Shown: positions 43,450-55,124, numbered from the stretch's first letter. The stretch: DNA of 64,000 nucleotides from Octopus vulgaris (GCA_951406725.2 OX597819.1:47492001-47556000); one strand, 5' to 3'. Notes: generated by a model from the letters alone, not told the origin. Numbers and translations: made by a program.

Positions 43450-44080
43450 AATTTACTTCAGTTTTATTTATTGACTAATCAATCAAGTCTTGATTAACTT
43501 TTAAAAAATTTTTCATCACACTGTTGTGGCCTTTTCAATGATTTGCAATCCTGCAATTAATTACTTTTTTTTTTTTGTTTGTCTATGTCATGTGTCGTCT
43601 ATATGCTGTCAAGCATATATGTCGTATAGCTAGTTTGTTTACATTGCACTTGATTTTTTTTTTACTTGCTTATTTTTCTTTTTTGTTCTTACATAGGAAT
43701 GTTGTGTGTGTGTGTGTGTGTAAGTGAAAAAGCATTTGGTTTGTGATATGTAATTCATGGATGTGTGTGTGTGCATATATGTTGCTTTGTGTATATATGT
43801 TGTAGTTTGTGTGTGTGTATGCATGTAGTGGTTGACTTAAGTTGACTTTAATCTTATTTTGTTCTCATTCTTGTATTACTATGATGGTAGTGTTGGTGTT
43901 AAGAGAGTCGTAGTGGGATGGTGGTGTTATTGTGCTTATTCTTTCCACAATAACGAAAGAAAATCAGCTGCAGAATAAAGAATCATTGGAAAGGCCACAG
44001 TAGTGTGACAAAAAAAAATTTTAAAGTCACACTAACAAACGGTTAGTTGAGTGATTAGTTACTATAAAACTGAATAAAAT
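43450..44080. mobile_element. Element with ~110-bp imperfect terminal inverted repeats (foldback/Mutator-like MITE?)
   Basis: TCACACTGTTGTGGCCTTTTCAATGATT (~43516-43543) is inverted as AATCATTGGAAAGGCCACAGTAGTGTGA (43981-44008), with similarity extending outward. No TSD found. Confidence 0.6.
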
Positions 44081-44585
44081 GAACTATAACCAGTGTGTGT
44101 TTATTGGCAAAATGACCCTCCCAAACTAAAACTACATTTTAGCATGTTCAGAAAGTAATTACATGTTTCACTGATGTCAAACAACAAACAATTAAAGAAT
44201 GATGGTGTGTAAATGATAGAAAGCAATGTCTAGATTTAGTTTATCAGTTCTTTTATGTGGAAGTGTGTCATATTCTTATCAAAGCATCAGAGATATTGTA
44301 CAGAAACTGAATGTGTCTGGTTCAGCATGGGGAAAAAGTACAAAGAGAAAATTTGGTTTCCTCATCAGTTCTTTCTTGAGAACCAAACTCAACATTCTAC
44401 CATCTGCAGCTGTCTCTTGACCAAGAATAACAATTTCTTCTTTCTGCACCACATTAAAAGTGATTAAAAAGAGATACAGCATGTCAACAGAAAGATAAAA
44501 AGTCAGTGGTTTACAGTTAATGGGAAACCAGAGAAAAAGGGTAACCCCCGCCCAGTCATGAATGACCGTGGTATTGCACCTAGAA

Positions 44586-44816
44586 GACGGCGAGATGGCA
44601 GAATCATTAGCACACCGGGCAAAATGCTTAGCGGTATTTCGCCTGCCACTATGTTCTGAGGTCAAATTCTGCTGAGGTCGACTTTGCCTTTCATCCTTTC
44701 GGGGTCGATTAAATAAGTATCACTTACACACTGGGGTCGATATAATCGACTTAATCTGTGTGTCTGTCCTTGTTTGTCCTCTCTGTGTTTAGCCCCTTGT
44801 GAGTAGTAAAGAAATA
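44586..44816 (+). mobile_element. Young full-length copy of the second SINE family with 16-bp TSD
   Basis: TSD GGTATTGCACCTAGAA at 44570-44585 and 44817-44832; inserted in an older minus-strand SINE. Confidence 0.9.
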
Positions 44817-45672
44817 GGTATTGCACCTAGAAAGTTCCCCTCCAAGGCACAAGTCCAAGCAAGGTTGTTTATGGAAGACTTGCAGTCATCCATGTATATC
44901 ATGGGAAAGGCAAAGACCATTACATCTTGGCACCAGTGACGTCACAAACTCATTTCTACTGCTGAGATAACTGGAGTAATGTGAAATAAAGTGTCTTGCT
45001 CAAGAACATAGCACAGTCTAGTCTGGGAATCAAACTCACTACCTCATGATTGTGAGCCTAACACTCTAGCAAGTGAGCTATGTGCTTTTACCAGAGTAGC
45101 AGTGCTGAAACCAATACTTCATCCCCAGAGCTGAATGGTGTTGTCTGTTATGAGGTATTAAAAAAAAAATTTTAAAAAAACATTACTACAGACATTTATT
45201 GCCAGCAATTTGATCATGCAAACGAAGAATTATATCAAAAGTGATCACACTTAGTAACAAAAGGTATTTATTGTAGCTTTGTATATTTATTATATAAGTG
45301 CTCATTCTGTAAAACAAACCCAAGAAAAGATAAGATCATTCAGCTGGGAAGCTCTTATACATCCCTCATACACACCAGAGCATCTAAAAATTAACATTTA
45401 TGTTAATCACTAGAACATTTCATAGGCAGTAGAATATTCAGAAATAAAGATTTTGAAAATAGTAAGTCAAACTTTGTTTAGAAGAAATAAATAAATGAAT
45501 AAAATGGATTTTTTTTTTACACAAACTTCTTTTTGGAAACACGTAATTATTTCTCAAGCGCCCCAATATGTATAGAAAATAAATAACACCTTAAACAAAA
45601 TAATTGGTGTTATTTGATAGCTACAGTCATTTTGTATTAGCTGTCATTTATTTTGTTATAATACTCTATTTT

Positions 45673-45866
45673 TCGTGAAGTATATTTGCCACTTAAATGT
45701 GGCTAACCCCTAAGGGTGGATGCTACTGTAGCTTGTGGCTAACCCCTAAGGGTGGATGCTACAAGCTACAGTAGCATCAACCTTAGGGGTTAGCCACATT
45801 TAAGTGGCAAATATACTTCACGATGTCGTGCAGCTACTGTTTATACCTCGCTCAGAGATTTATTAT
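45673..45866. repeat. Palindrome A: ~64-bp arms (45673-45736 / 45761-45823) plus 43-bp unpaired tail
   Basis: Arms are reverse complements apart from about two differences; the spacer is a direct copy of 45701-45724. Confidence 0.9.
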
Positions 45867-45924
45867 TACTCTATTTTTCATTATTTACAATTGACGGATA
45901 TTTGTCCTCATTTTGTTTGTTGTT

Positions 45925-45970
45925 AACACAACGTTTCAGCTGATATACCTTCCAGCCTTCATCAGGTGTC
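45925..45970 (-). ncRNA. Minimal type I hammerhead ribozyme
   Basis: GACAC-CTGATGA-A-GGCTG-GAAGGTATAT-CAGCT-GAA-ACGT-T-GTGTT: intact core, stem II, palindromic AACGTT stem III, and stem I GACAC/GTGTT. Confidence 0.75.
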
Positions 45971-46182
45971 TTGGGGAAATTTCAAACCTGGATTCTCATT
46001 CCTAAGGTATTTTTCAATATTGTTATTATTATTATTATTCAGGTTACTGTCTGGAATCGAACTCAGAATCTTGGGGTTAGTAGCCCGTGCTCTTAACCAC
46101 TACGCCATATGCCCACGAGCATATGGCGTAGTGGTTAAGAGCGTGGGCTACTATTCAGGCAGTGACCTGAATAATGATGATG

Positions 46183-46218
<36 letters not shown>

Positions 46219-46268
46219 GCATTGAAAAATACCTTAGGAATGAAAACCCAGGTTCGAAATTTCCCCAA

Positions 46269-46314
46269 GACACCTGATGAAGGCTGGAGGGTATATCAGC
46301 CGAAATGTTGTATT
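46269..46314 (+). ncRNA. Minimal type I hammerhead ribozyme (mirror copy)
   Basis: GACAC-CTGATGA-A-GGCTG-GAGGGTATAT-CAGCC-GAAA-TGTT-GTATT: perfect 5-bp stem II; stems III and I carry transitions. Confidence 0.7.
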
Positions 46315-46482
46315 AACAACAAACAAGATGAGGACAAATATCCGTCAATTGTAAATAATGCAAATAATGTACATAATTCCTCATCTCTTAAATATAGAGC
46401 TACTCTATTTTTGTCCTGTGTAGTCTATAAATTTGCTGCCTAATTTTGAAATTATACATAGAAGTTACTATTACTATTATTA

Positions 46483-46513
<31 letters not shown>

Positions 46514-48122
46514 CATGAATGTTATATACTGTGAGTGAAACAATGGGTTTCAGCACAGTTATTCTTTTTGTCTACCAAATTTCAAAGTGTTTGTCAACCA
46601 GGAAGCTTTGATAGAACACACACACCTAGAGGTCTGCACAATGAGATTGAACCTTGAGTCACATGCTTATTAACCACACATCCATATCTGCACCTAGAAA
46701 ACTATAAATTGAAGACTCCTTAGTTTATTTCTAAACAGAAATAGAACTAAGACAGTTGTAAACAGACAGATGAGAAAGAAATATGAAAGGGCAAGTAAAA
46801 ACATGAACCTGTATAAATATAACTTTTCATTGAGATATTGATTAATGGATATGAAATGAATATAAGTGACTTTGGATTTAGTACAGCACAAAATTTTTTC
46901 ATGGTGAAGTGAGTTACCAGAATATCAAAATAACATTGGTAACATAAGAGAAAACATAGCAAAGGTGCAAGACAAAAGGTAAAAATAATGCAATTCTTAT
47001 AAATGGCATTTTCTTTGACCTTTAAGTTCAAGATAACTAAAAATAGGCAGCATTTCCACTTGAAGTCGAACTGATTGTGATAAAAAGGTCAAAAGATTCT
47101 CGACCCAATGATTTATAAAAAGCTATACAGATTTTTAGAAATATAAGGTATAATTTCTTACATGAGCATAATTTTTATTTTTTTAAACCAAAAAGAAATT
47201 AAGGGTTGATAGAAGAGTAACACCTGCGATCCTTTCCAGGTCCTCACAAGACTAGTGGAAGAAAATGGGTGGGGCAGTTATCTTCAGACCAGAGACTTAT
47301 TCCACCCAGTTTTTGTTTACCAAATTTCACAAGGATTTGGCCAACCCAAGGCCATAGTGAAAGCTACTTGTCTGAAGTAGTGGGATTGAATCTGACATCA
47401 CATGATTACAAAGCAAACTTCTTAGCCATACTTAGAAATTGGACATTACAGTGTTCAAGCTGTTCAAGGTCATAGTAACATAAGAGGAGTGAAATAGATT
47501 AAAATTAGGTTGTGTACTCCAGTCATAGGAAGTTTACATTTACACCCACAGATCTTTTTACATTGTTTCCTAATATACAAGAACATTAGCTATGTAAATG
47601 AAATGAAAGAACTATTATTTCATGCTGTTACTCATTTCTGTCATAAGACTGTAGCCATGATGGAGCACTTACTTCAAGGGTTTAGTCAATCATATTGACT
47701 CCAGTACTTATTTGAGTCTGGTATTTAATCTAGTGATTTCTATTTGTTGACCTGTTAAGTTAAGGGACTTAAAGAGACACAACACAACACTAGTGTAAAT
47801 AATATACACACAATATATCTTCATCATCGTCATCATTTAACATCCACATTTCCTTGCTTGCATGAGTCAGATGGAATTTGTTGAGAGGTTTTCTACAGCT
47901 GAGATGCAATGCATTTCCTATTGCCAGCCCTCACTTGATTCCAAGCGAGGTAACATTTCTCCAAGACTAGTCATGTTTGTCATGGAAGACTGGAAATGAA
48001 CAACATCACTTGCATGATGGTGATACTCATTTACAATCATAAGATGTCGAGACAAAAGGTACACACAAACACCTACACAAACCCATATAGCACATATACA
48101 CAACAGACTTCTTTCAATTTCT

Positions 48123-48523
48123 TATTTCTTTACTACCCACAAGGGGCTATACACAGAGGGGACAAACAAGGACAGACAAATGGATTAAGTCGATTATATC
48201 GACCCCAGTGCATAACTGGTACTTATCTAATCGACCCCGAAAGGATGAAAGGCGAAATTGAACTCAGAACGTAGAGGCAGACGAAATACCTATTTCTTTA
48301 CTACCCACAAGGGGCTAGACACAGAGGGGACAAACAAGGACAGACAAACGGATTAAGTCGATTATATTGAGCCCAGTGCGTAACTGGTCCTTAATTTATT
48401 GACCCCGAAAGGATGAAAAGCAAAATTGACCTCAGTGGAATTTGAACTCAGAACGTAGCAGCAGGCGTAATACCGCTAAGCATTTCGCCCAGCGTGCTAA
48501 CGTTTCTGCCAGCTCGCTGCCCT
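48123..48523 (-). mobile_element. Second SINE family, one head with tandemly duplicated body
   Basis: Body repeated (48123-48290 and 48291-48470). Direct repeat TTCTTTCAATTTCT at 48109-48122 and 48532-48545. Inserted in a main-family SINE. Confidence 0.85.
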
Positions 48524-49678
48524 CTTTAAATTTCTTTCAATTTCTGTATACCAAATCCACCCACAATGCTTTTGTCAGTTTGGGGTTATAGAAGACAGTT
48601 GCCCAAGGTGCTCTACAGTGGGACTGAACCCATATGATTGGGAAGCAAGTTTCTTAACCGCATAGCCACACCTGCATCTGTAGCCCATACTTATGTCTGC
48701 ACCTTACAAACACACATATACGATGAATTTTAGCAAAGTTTATGTCTACCAAATTCCATTGATAAGTTTTGGTTAACTGAAGCTTATAGTTAAAGGCAGT
48801 TGCCAAAGGTGCTGTACAGTAAGATCAAAGCTTAAATGACATGATAGCAAAGCAACAAGATATTCATACCTATTTGTGGGATTACTCACCAAGAATTTAT
48901 CTATTCTACAATGTTTACTTTCATATAAAATGAAATACAGGAAAAATTGATAGTAAATATTAGATGGCATTATTTGTTGAAATGAATGGCATGAAATAGC
49001 CATTATATCAAAACTAATAAAGTAACATACAACTACATTATAGGTAATATAAGAATATTAATAAGTCTGATTTCTTAATAATGATTATTAATGACATAAG
49101 CTCAAGGTCAAACATTTTGAGGTTAGTTTACTAAACTGACCCCAGTACTTGACTGGTATTTTATTTTATCAATACTGGAGATGGCAAAAGGCAACATTGA
49201 TCTCAACAGGATATGAATTCAGAACATAGCAGAACCAGAACAAATACTGTAAGTCATTCCTTCCTGACACTCTGGCAATTCTACCAATTCGCAACCCTGA
49301 TTTCATAATAAGAATTGAAGATTTGAGGTACAGAAAGTGGTAAATAGAAATAGCTTCTTTCTTTTAATATCTGGTGATTGTAAGATGGTGAGCTGGCAGA
49401 ATCATTAACATGCTGAGTTCAAATTTCACTGAGGTTGGCTTTGCCTTTCATTCTTTTGGGGTCGATAAAATAAGTATCAGTTGAGGACTGGGGTTGATGC
49501 TACTGACCTACTCACTCTCCAGAAATTGCTAGCCTTGTGTCAAAATTTGTAGTCAATCTCTGGTGATTATTTTTGTCATTAAGCGTCGGGCTGTTGTTAT
49601 CAACATATTTTATTATGAACAGATTTGGTGATACAAACAAGAAAATACAACTCAAATCACACACACACAAACATATAC

Positions 49679-50126
49679 ATATCAGTTGAATAAAGTTAAA
49701 ACATAGTCTGGTTTTCATGTTTTTATTATGGTATTTTTAACAAAATTAGCGCTTTCATACATAGTGTACTCATCTGATTTCAAATATATTTAGCTGACAG
49801 TTGAGTTCTTGACAACTTTAGTACTTCTTAGAATGCTCCAACCAGCTGAATTTTTAGAATACCTTTTTGATCAATCCACATGCTCTTAAACATCATGGTT
49901 TGCCAGGCATACCGGTTTTGATGTTTAAGAGCATGCGGATTGATCAAAAAGAAATTCTAAAAATTCAGCCGGTTGGAGCATTTTAAGAGGTCTCAAGAGC
50001 TCAACTGTCAGTTAAATACATTTGAAATCTGATGAGTACACTATGTATGAAAGCGCTAATTTTGTTAAAATACCATAATAAAAAATGTGAAAACCAGACA
50101 ATGTTTTAATTTTTTTCAACTGATAT
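49679..50126. mobile_element. Palindromic Penelope-like pLTR pair (second copy 50644-51091)
   Basis: Arms 49679-49895 and 49919-50126, each with a hammerhead motif; inner end matches the 3' region of the Penelope remnant at 55840-55884. Confidence 0.8.
50025..50062 (+). ncRNA. Minimal type I hammerhead ribozyme (duplicate at 50990-51027)
   Basis: AAAT-CTGATGA-GTAC-ACTAT-GTAT-GAA-AGCGCT-A-ATTT: intact core with palindromic AGCGCT stem III. The mirror copy at ~49743-49780(-) has a mutated core, CAGATGA. Confidence 0.75.
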
Positions 50127-50156
50127 ATTATTCTATACACATTCACACAAATTCAA

Positions 50157-50199
<43 letters not shown>

Positions 50200-50228
50200 T
50201 ATCTGAAACCCCCTATCGGTCATTTATA

Positions 50229-50273
<45 letters not shown>

Positions 50274-51121
50274 ATATGTTTGTGTGTCTGTGTTACAGAA
50301 AGTGGTAAATAGAAATAGCTTCTTTCTTTTAATATCTGGTGATTGTAAGATGGTGAGCTGGCAGAATCATTAACATGCTGAGTTCAAATTTCACTGAGGT
50401 TGGCTTTGCCTTTCATTCTTTTGGGGTCGATAAAATAAGTATCAGTTGAGGACTGGGGTTGATGCTACTGACCTACTCACTCTCCAGAAATTGCTAGCCT
50501 TGTGTCAAAATTTGTAGTCAATCTCTGGTGATTATTTTTGTCATTAAGCGTCGGGCTGTTGTTATCAACATATTTTATTATGAACAGATTTGGTGATACA
50601 AACAAGAAAATAGAACTCAAATCACACACACACAAACATATACATATCAGTTGAATAAAGTTAAAACATAGTCTGGTTTTCATGTTTTTATTATGGTATT
50701 TTTAACAAAATTAGCGCTTTCATACATAGTGTACTCATCTGATTTCAAATATATTTAGCTGACAGTTGAGTTCTTGACAACTTTAGTACTTCTTAGAATG
50801 CTCCAACCAGCTGAAGTTTTAGAATACCTTTTTGATCAATCCACATGCTCTTAAACATCATGGTTTGCCAGGCATACCGGTTTTGATGTTTAAGAGCATG
50901 CGGATTGATCAAAAAGAAATTCTAAAAATTCAGCCGGTTGGAGCATTTTAAGAGGTCTCAAGAGCTCAACTGTCAGTTAAATACATTTGAAATCTGATGA
51001 GTACACTATGTATGAAAGCGCTAATTTTGTTAAAATACCATAATAAAAAATGTGAAAACCAGACAATGTTTTAATTTTTTTCAACTGATATATTATTCTA
51101 TACACATTCACACAAATTCAA

Positions 51122-51168
<47 letters not shown>

Positions 51169-51201
51169 TATCTGAAACCCCCTATCGGTCATTTATATAT
51201 T

Positions 51202-51236
<35 letters not shown>

Positions 51237-54200
51237 ATATGTTTGTGTGTCTGTGTTTGTCCCCCCACCCACCCAACATCGCTTGACAACAGATGCTGGT
51301 GTGTTTACATCACCGTAACTTAGCGGTTCGGCAAAAGAGACCGATAGAATAAGTACTAGGCTTACAAAGAATAAGTCCTGGGGGCGATTTGCTCAACAAA
51401 AGGCAGTGTTCCTGCATGGCCGCAGTCAAATGACTGAAACAAGTAAAAGAGAGTAAAAGAGAGGGCTAAGAATTTACAGAAAGAACTTCTTAGAACTATA
51501 GGCTACCAAACTTTTGCAAATATCCCATCAGTTTGTTGCAAAACTCTTGCTGAATAATCTCATGCAGCTAAGGTTGCTGGGAGAGTATACAGTGCTCTTT
51601 CTAAGGTCAAAGCATAGGACCATTGACTAGAAACAAATTGATGACATGTGAGTCAACAACTTTATCACTCAACCATTGCAGCTCTTTCATATTAGAAATA
51701 GAAAAGAAAGGAAAGAGTTAATTTTGTTTATGTATTTTATGGCTTGCTAGTTGAAAAGAGGGATTAGATAAAATATTTTAGCTATTAATGGATATGGATT
51801 TATTTCTACTTAGTGATATAAGAAAACATTTTAATAAAAGATTTTTTAAAGTAAAATGATATTTATTACATAATATTTTAAATCTGATTTGTTTGAAAGT
51901 TATAACTGGGTGTTGTTAATATTGAAATGTTAGCAAAATGTTCTAATTTCAATAAATCAAATTAAATTAAATTATCCTTTATTAAAAAACAAAACAAATA
52001 TAGATATATAAAGTTAACTTTGGAATAGATATTAACAGATTTTCAGTAATTTCATCAAATTATGCTTACAATGAATATCATTTTCTAATTAGATTATTTT
52101 GTTTGTTCATTTTCACATTTTACTGTAGTGCCAGCCATATGCTTTTCCTGTCACCAACCTTTTCCTGTTTTATAAGTTAGGGAGTTTTTAGACAACTACT
52201 CTGAGAGTGTAGAGTTACAAGATACAAAGTTCATTGGGAAAGTAAACAGGATGTCGCCTTTTATACATATTTTTGCTCAGACAATCTCATACAAGAAGTA
52301 GAGATGATAAATTCCTTGTTCAGATACACATGCATGCACATGTGCGCACACAAACACACACACACACATAGACTTTGTAAAGTGGTTAGTGTTAGGAAAG
52401 CATCCAGTCAAAAAAAAAAAAAGAAACCATGCCAGAACAGACATTTGATCAAGTTGTGGGTCTCTGACTCATCAGATCCAACCTATCTCAGCATGGAAAA
52501 CAGATTTGAAGTGATATGAAGCCTCTATGCACTTTCTGCCATACAATTTCACTCCCAAAGCATTAGTTGGCCTGAGGCAACAGAAGATATTTGCCCAATA
52601 TGGTATACAGAAGGACTAGGCCTCTAAGTTTATGTTGGTTAAAGGAAACTTCTTACCCACATAGCTATGCCCATACTTCCACAGTCTATATCAAAATATT
52701 CCACTTTTATGCAATTTTGTGCATTTCTGCAGTATTTCTCAAATCATATGAACAACAAAGGGAATCAAATAATGAACAAACCAAGCGAGTGACTCATGCT
52801 TTGGACTGTTGACTAGTCAAAGAAAGTGGCTTCCACACTGTGTTCTTATTTCACTTGAGTCTTTGGTTAGACCAAATTCTATATAGAACAAATTCTGTAT
52901 GGAACAAATATTATTATTAAAATGACTGAGACTTTTGGCAATTTGCTGTTTGAGAAGACATCAAGTTGATTGAAAACATAATCATAGCCAGTGCTGGTGG
53001 TGCGTTGAAGGCACCTGTGCCAGTGATGCGTTGACGGTACCTGTGCTGGTGACGTATTGAAGGCACCTGTGCCTGTGATACATAAAATATACTCGTGTCA
53101 TTTGTGCATTGAAGGCACCCATGCCAGTGACATGTAAAGTGCACCCGTGCCAGTGACACATTAAAGGCACTCATACCTGTGACACAAAGGCACCTGGTAC
53201 ACTGTGGAGTGGTTGGCATTAGGAAGAGCATCCAGCCATAGAAACCAAGCCAAAACAGACTGGAGCCTAGCACAGTTCTTCAGCTTACCAGTTCTAGTCA
53301 AACTGTCTAACCCATGCCAGCATGGAAAGCTGATGATGATGATGAAAAGGATTATGAAAATAAAAAACAATATAACTTTTCATTTTATACAGAAAATAAA
53401 AAATAAGCTATAGAGCATTACTATAAAGCAAGCAATAACTTTGATATCTTGGCATGAAATAAAACTAAGTATAAATTTATCAACATACTTTTGGAATATG
53501 TTGAAAAGTAAGTAATGCAGTAGGTCTCTTCCAGATGACAAGAGTTTTGACAAATTTGTAATTAATAGAAAACAAAGATATTAAGTTTGTGACCTATGGG
53601 AGCAATCTAAATATTTTAACCAAGATTTTGTTTTATTAATTTCTTTATTGTTTGAGATATTGAGCTAAATAAATATGAAGTGTGTTGCCAAGTCAGGAGG
53701 TCGTTTACTTAAATATGACAGTCAACAACCTAAACCTAAAAGCAAGTGATTACCCTAAATAAAAGTTTAAGAGATCTGTCTAGACTAATATATAATGTGT
53801 GTTTTGAATTTGAAGTTGTTACTGAGATTAACAGCATGAGAACCTTTCTTCAATTAGTTATAATTTTGTCAACATCAGTGTTTCAATAGTCACATCTACC
53901 CCATCACCTCTACAGAGACAGGAAACAAATTGCTCTGTTTAATAAAATGAAGATGGTTTTAAACATTTTAAAGTTTAGCCATGGTAAAGAAAGAAAAATT
54001 ATATGGATGTAAACTCTGCTTTGTCTTCCCATTAATGAGAAAAGGGGAAATAATTTCTCTAATTTTTGGGAGATGTGATGTAAGTTCCTGACATTTCTCA
54101 GTATGAGAACTGATTTAGCTAACAGGGAAGCAGGTGGAATAGTTTATCTTAGACAACATTATCTCCAGAGTAACCTTTCATAAGACTGTAGGACGTGATT

Positions 54201-55124
54201 TGAGGGAGATGTGGTTGCTATTTGTATCAGGCCAAGCATCTACATAGAGGCTCCCTCATTAGCTAATGTGCATCAGTTATTACTAGTTAGTCATAGGTTA
54301 GTCTGATTGAGCAGACCTATGATCAAAAAGCATTCCAGTCATGACCATCTCGTCTTTTTTGTGTACCTAGGGTTATATAAGCTAAAATGATCTACCTTCT
54401 TTTAAGACAGTAAGATGAAAATTGAAAGAAAACTGAAAAGTCTGTCAGAGTCTCAGTTGCTTGCAAGAAGTAATAATGGATGTTGAGTAATGGAGTAGAT
54501 CTCGTAAAACATGTAGTTAATTGAACAGAACATTCATCATCATACTCATCGTTTAACATGTTTCCATGTTAGCATGGGTTAGGCAGGTTGACAGGCACTA
54601 GCAAGGTCAAGAGCCACACCAGGTTCCACTGTCTGTTTTGTTGTGGCTTCTACAGCTGGATGCCCCTTCTAACACCAACCAGAGTGTACTGCATGCTTTT
54701 TATGTGACACCATCACCAGTGCTTTTTACATGGATACCATCACCTGGGCTTTTTACGTGACACTAGTATGTAATCATTAACCACTCAATCTGTTGCTGTT
54801 TTGCCCTGATTGACTAGATGTGTGATCAAGGAGGTATTCAAGCTATGGTCAACCTGTCTTTCTTTAAAGTATAATGCATCTAGGACTACATTAAAAGGAT
54901 GCTCAGGATAATTTTAAGTAAGCTTCATAACTACATTTCAATTTATCAGTTACACAAGGATATATATAATCAAAATAAGCAACAAGGATATCCAAGGTAG
55001 TGTAGTACAATCGTTTCATGCTACTTCATTTTATTAAACACTGTAAGTATTACATCAGTTTTATATATATATATATATTTGTGTATATAAGACCAACAAG
55101 AAGCTACTCTACACAGGATTGACT

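Larger units (their letters stand above)
45879..46400. mobile_element. Palindrome B: head-to-head tRNA-headed, hammerhead-containing retroposon (Penelope-type inverted structure) plus 40-bp tail
   Basis: Arms 45879-46112 and 46119-46360 with a 6-bp spacer. Each arm reads outward as tRNA-like head, (AAT)n, then body with CTGATGA..GAAA. Confidence 0.85.
49329..51256. repeat. Near-identical tandem duplication, unit ~965 bp (49329-50293 / 50294-51256)
   Basis: Identical ORF-track hits offset by 965 bp; only about two substitutions and microsatellite length differences seen. Confidence 0.95.

Noticed and set aside
45674-45725. Resemblance to a pistol ribozyme (GCCACTTAAAT..TAACCCCTAAG)
   Set aside because: The P1 loop needed to pseudoknot with CCCTAA is absent, and GCCAC pairs locally with GTGGC instead.
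46053-46112. tRNA gene
   Set aside because: No acceptor stem pairing; embedded in a palindromic element, so it is a SINE-type head.
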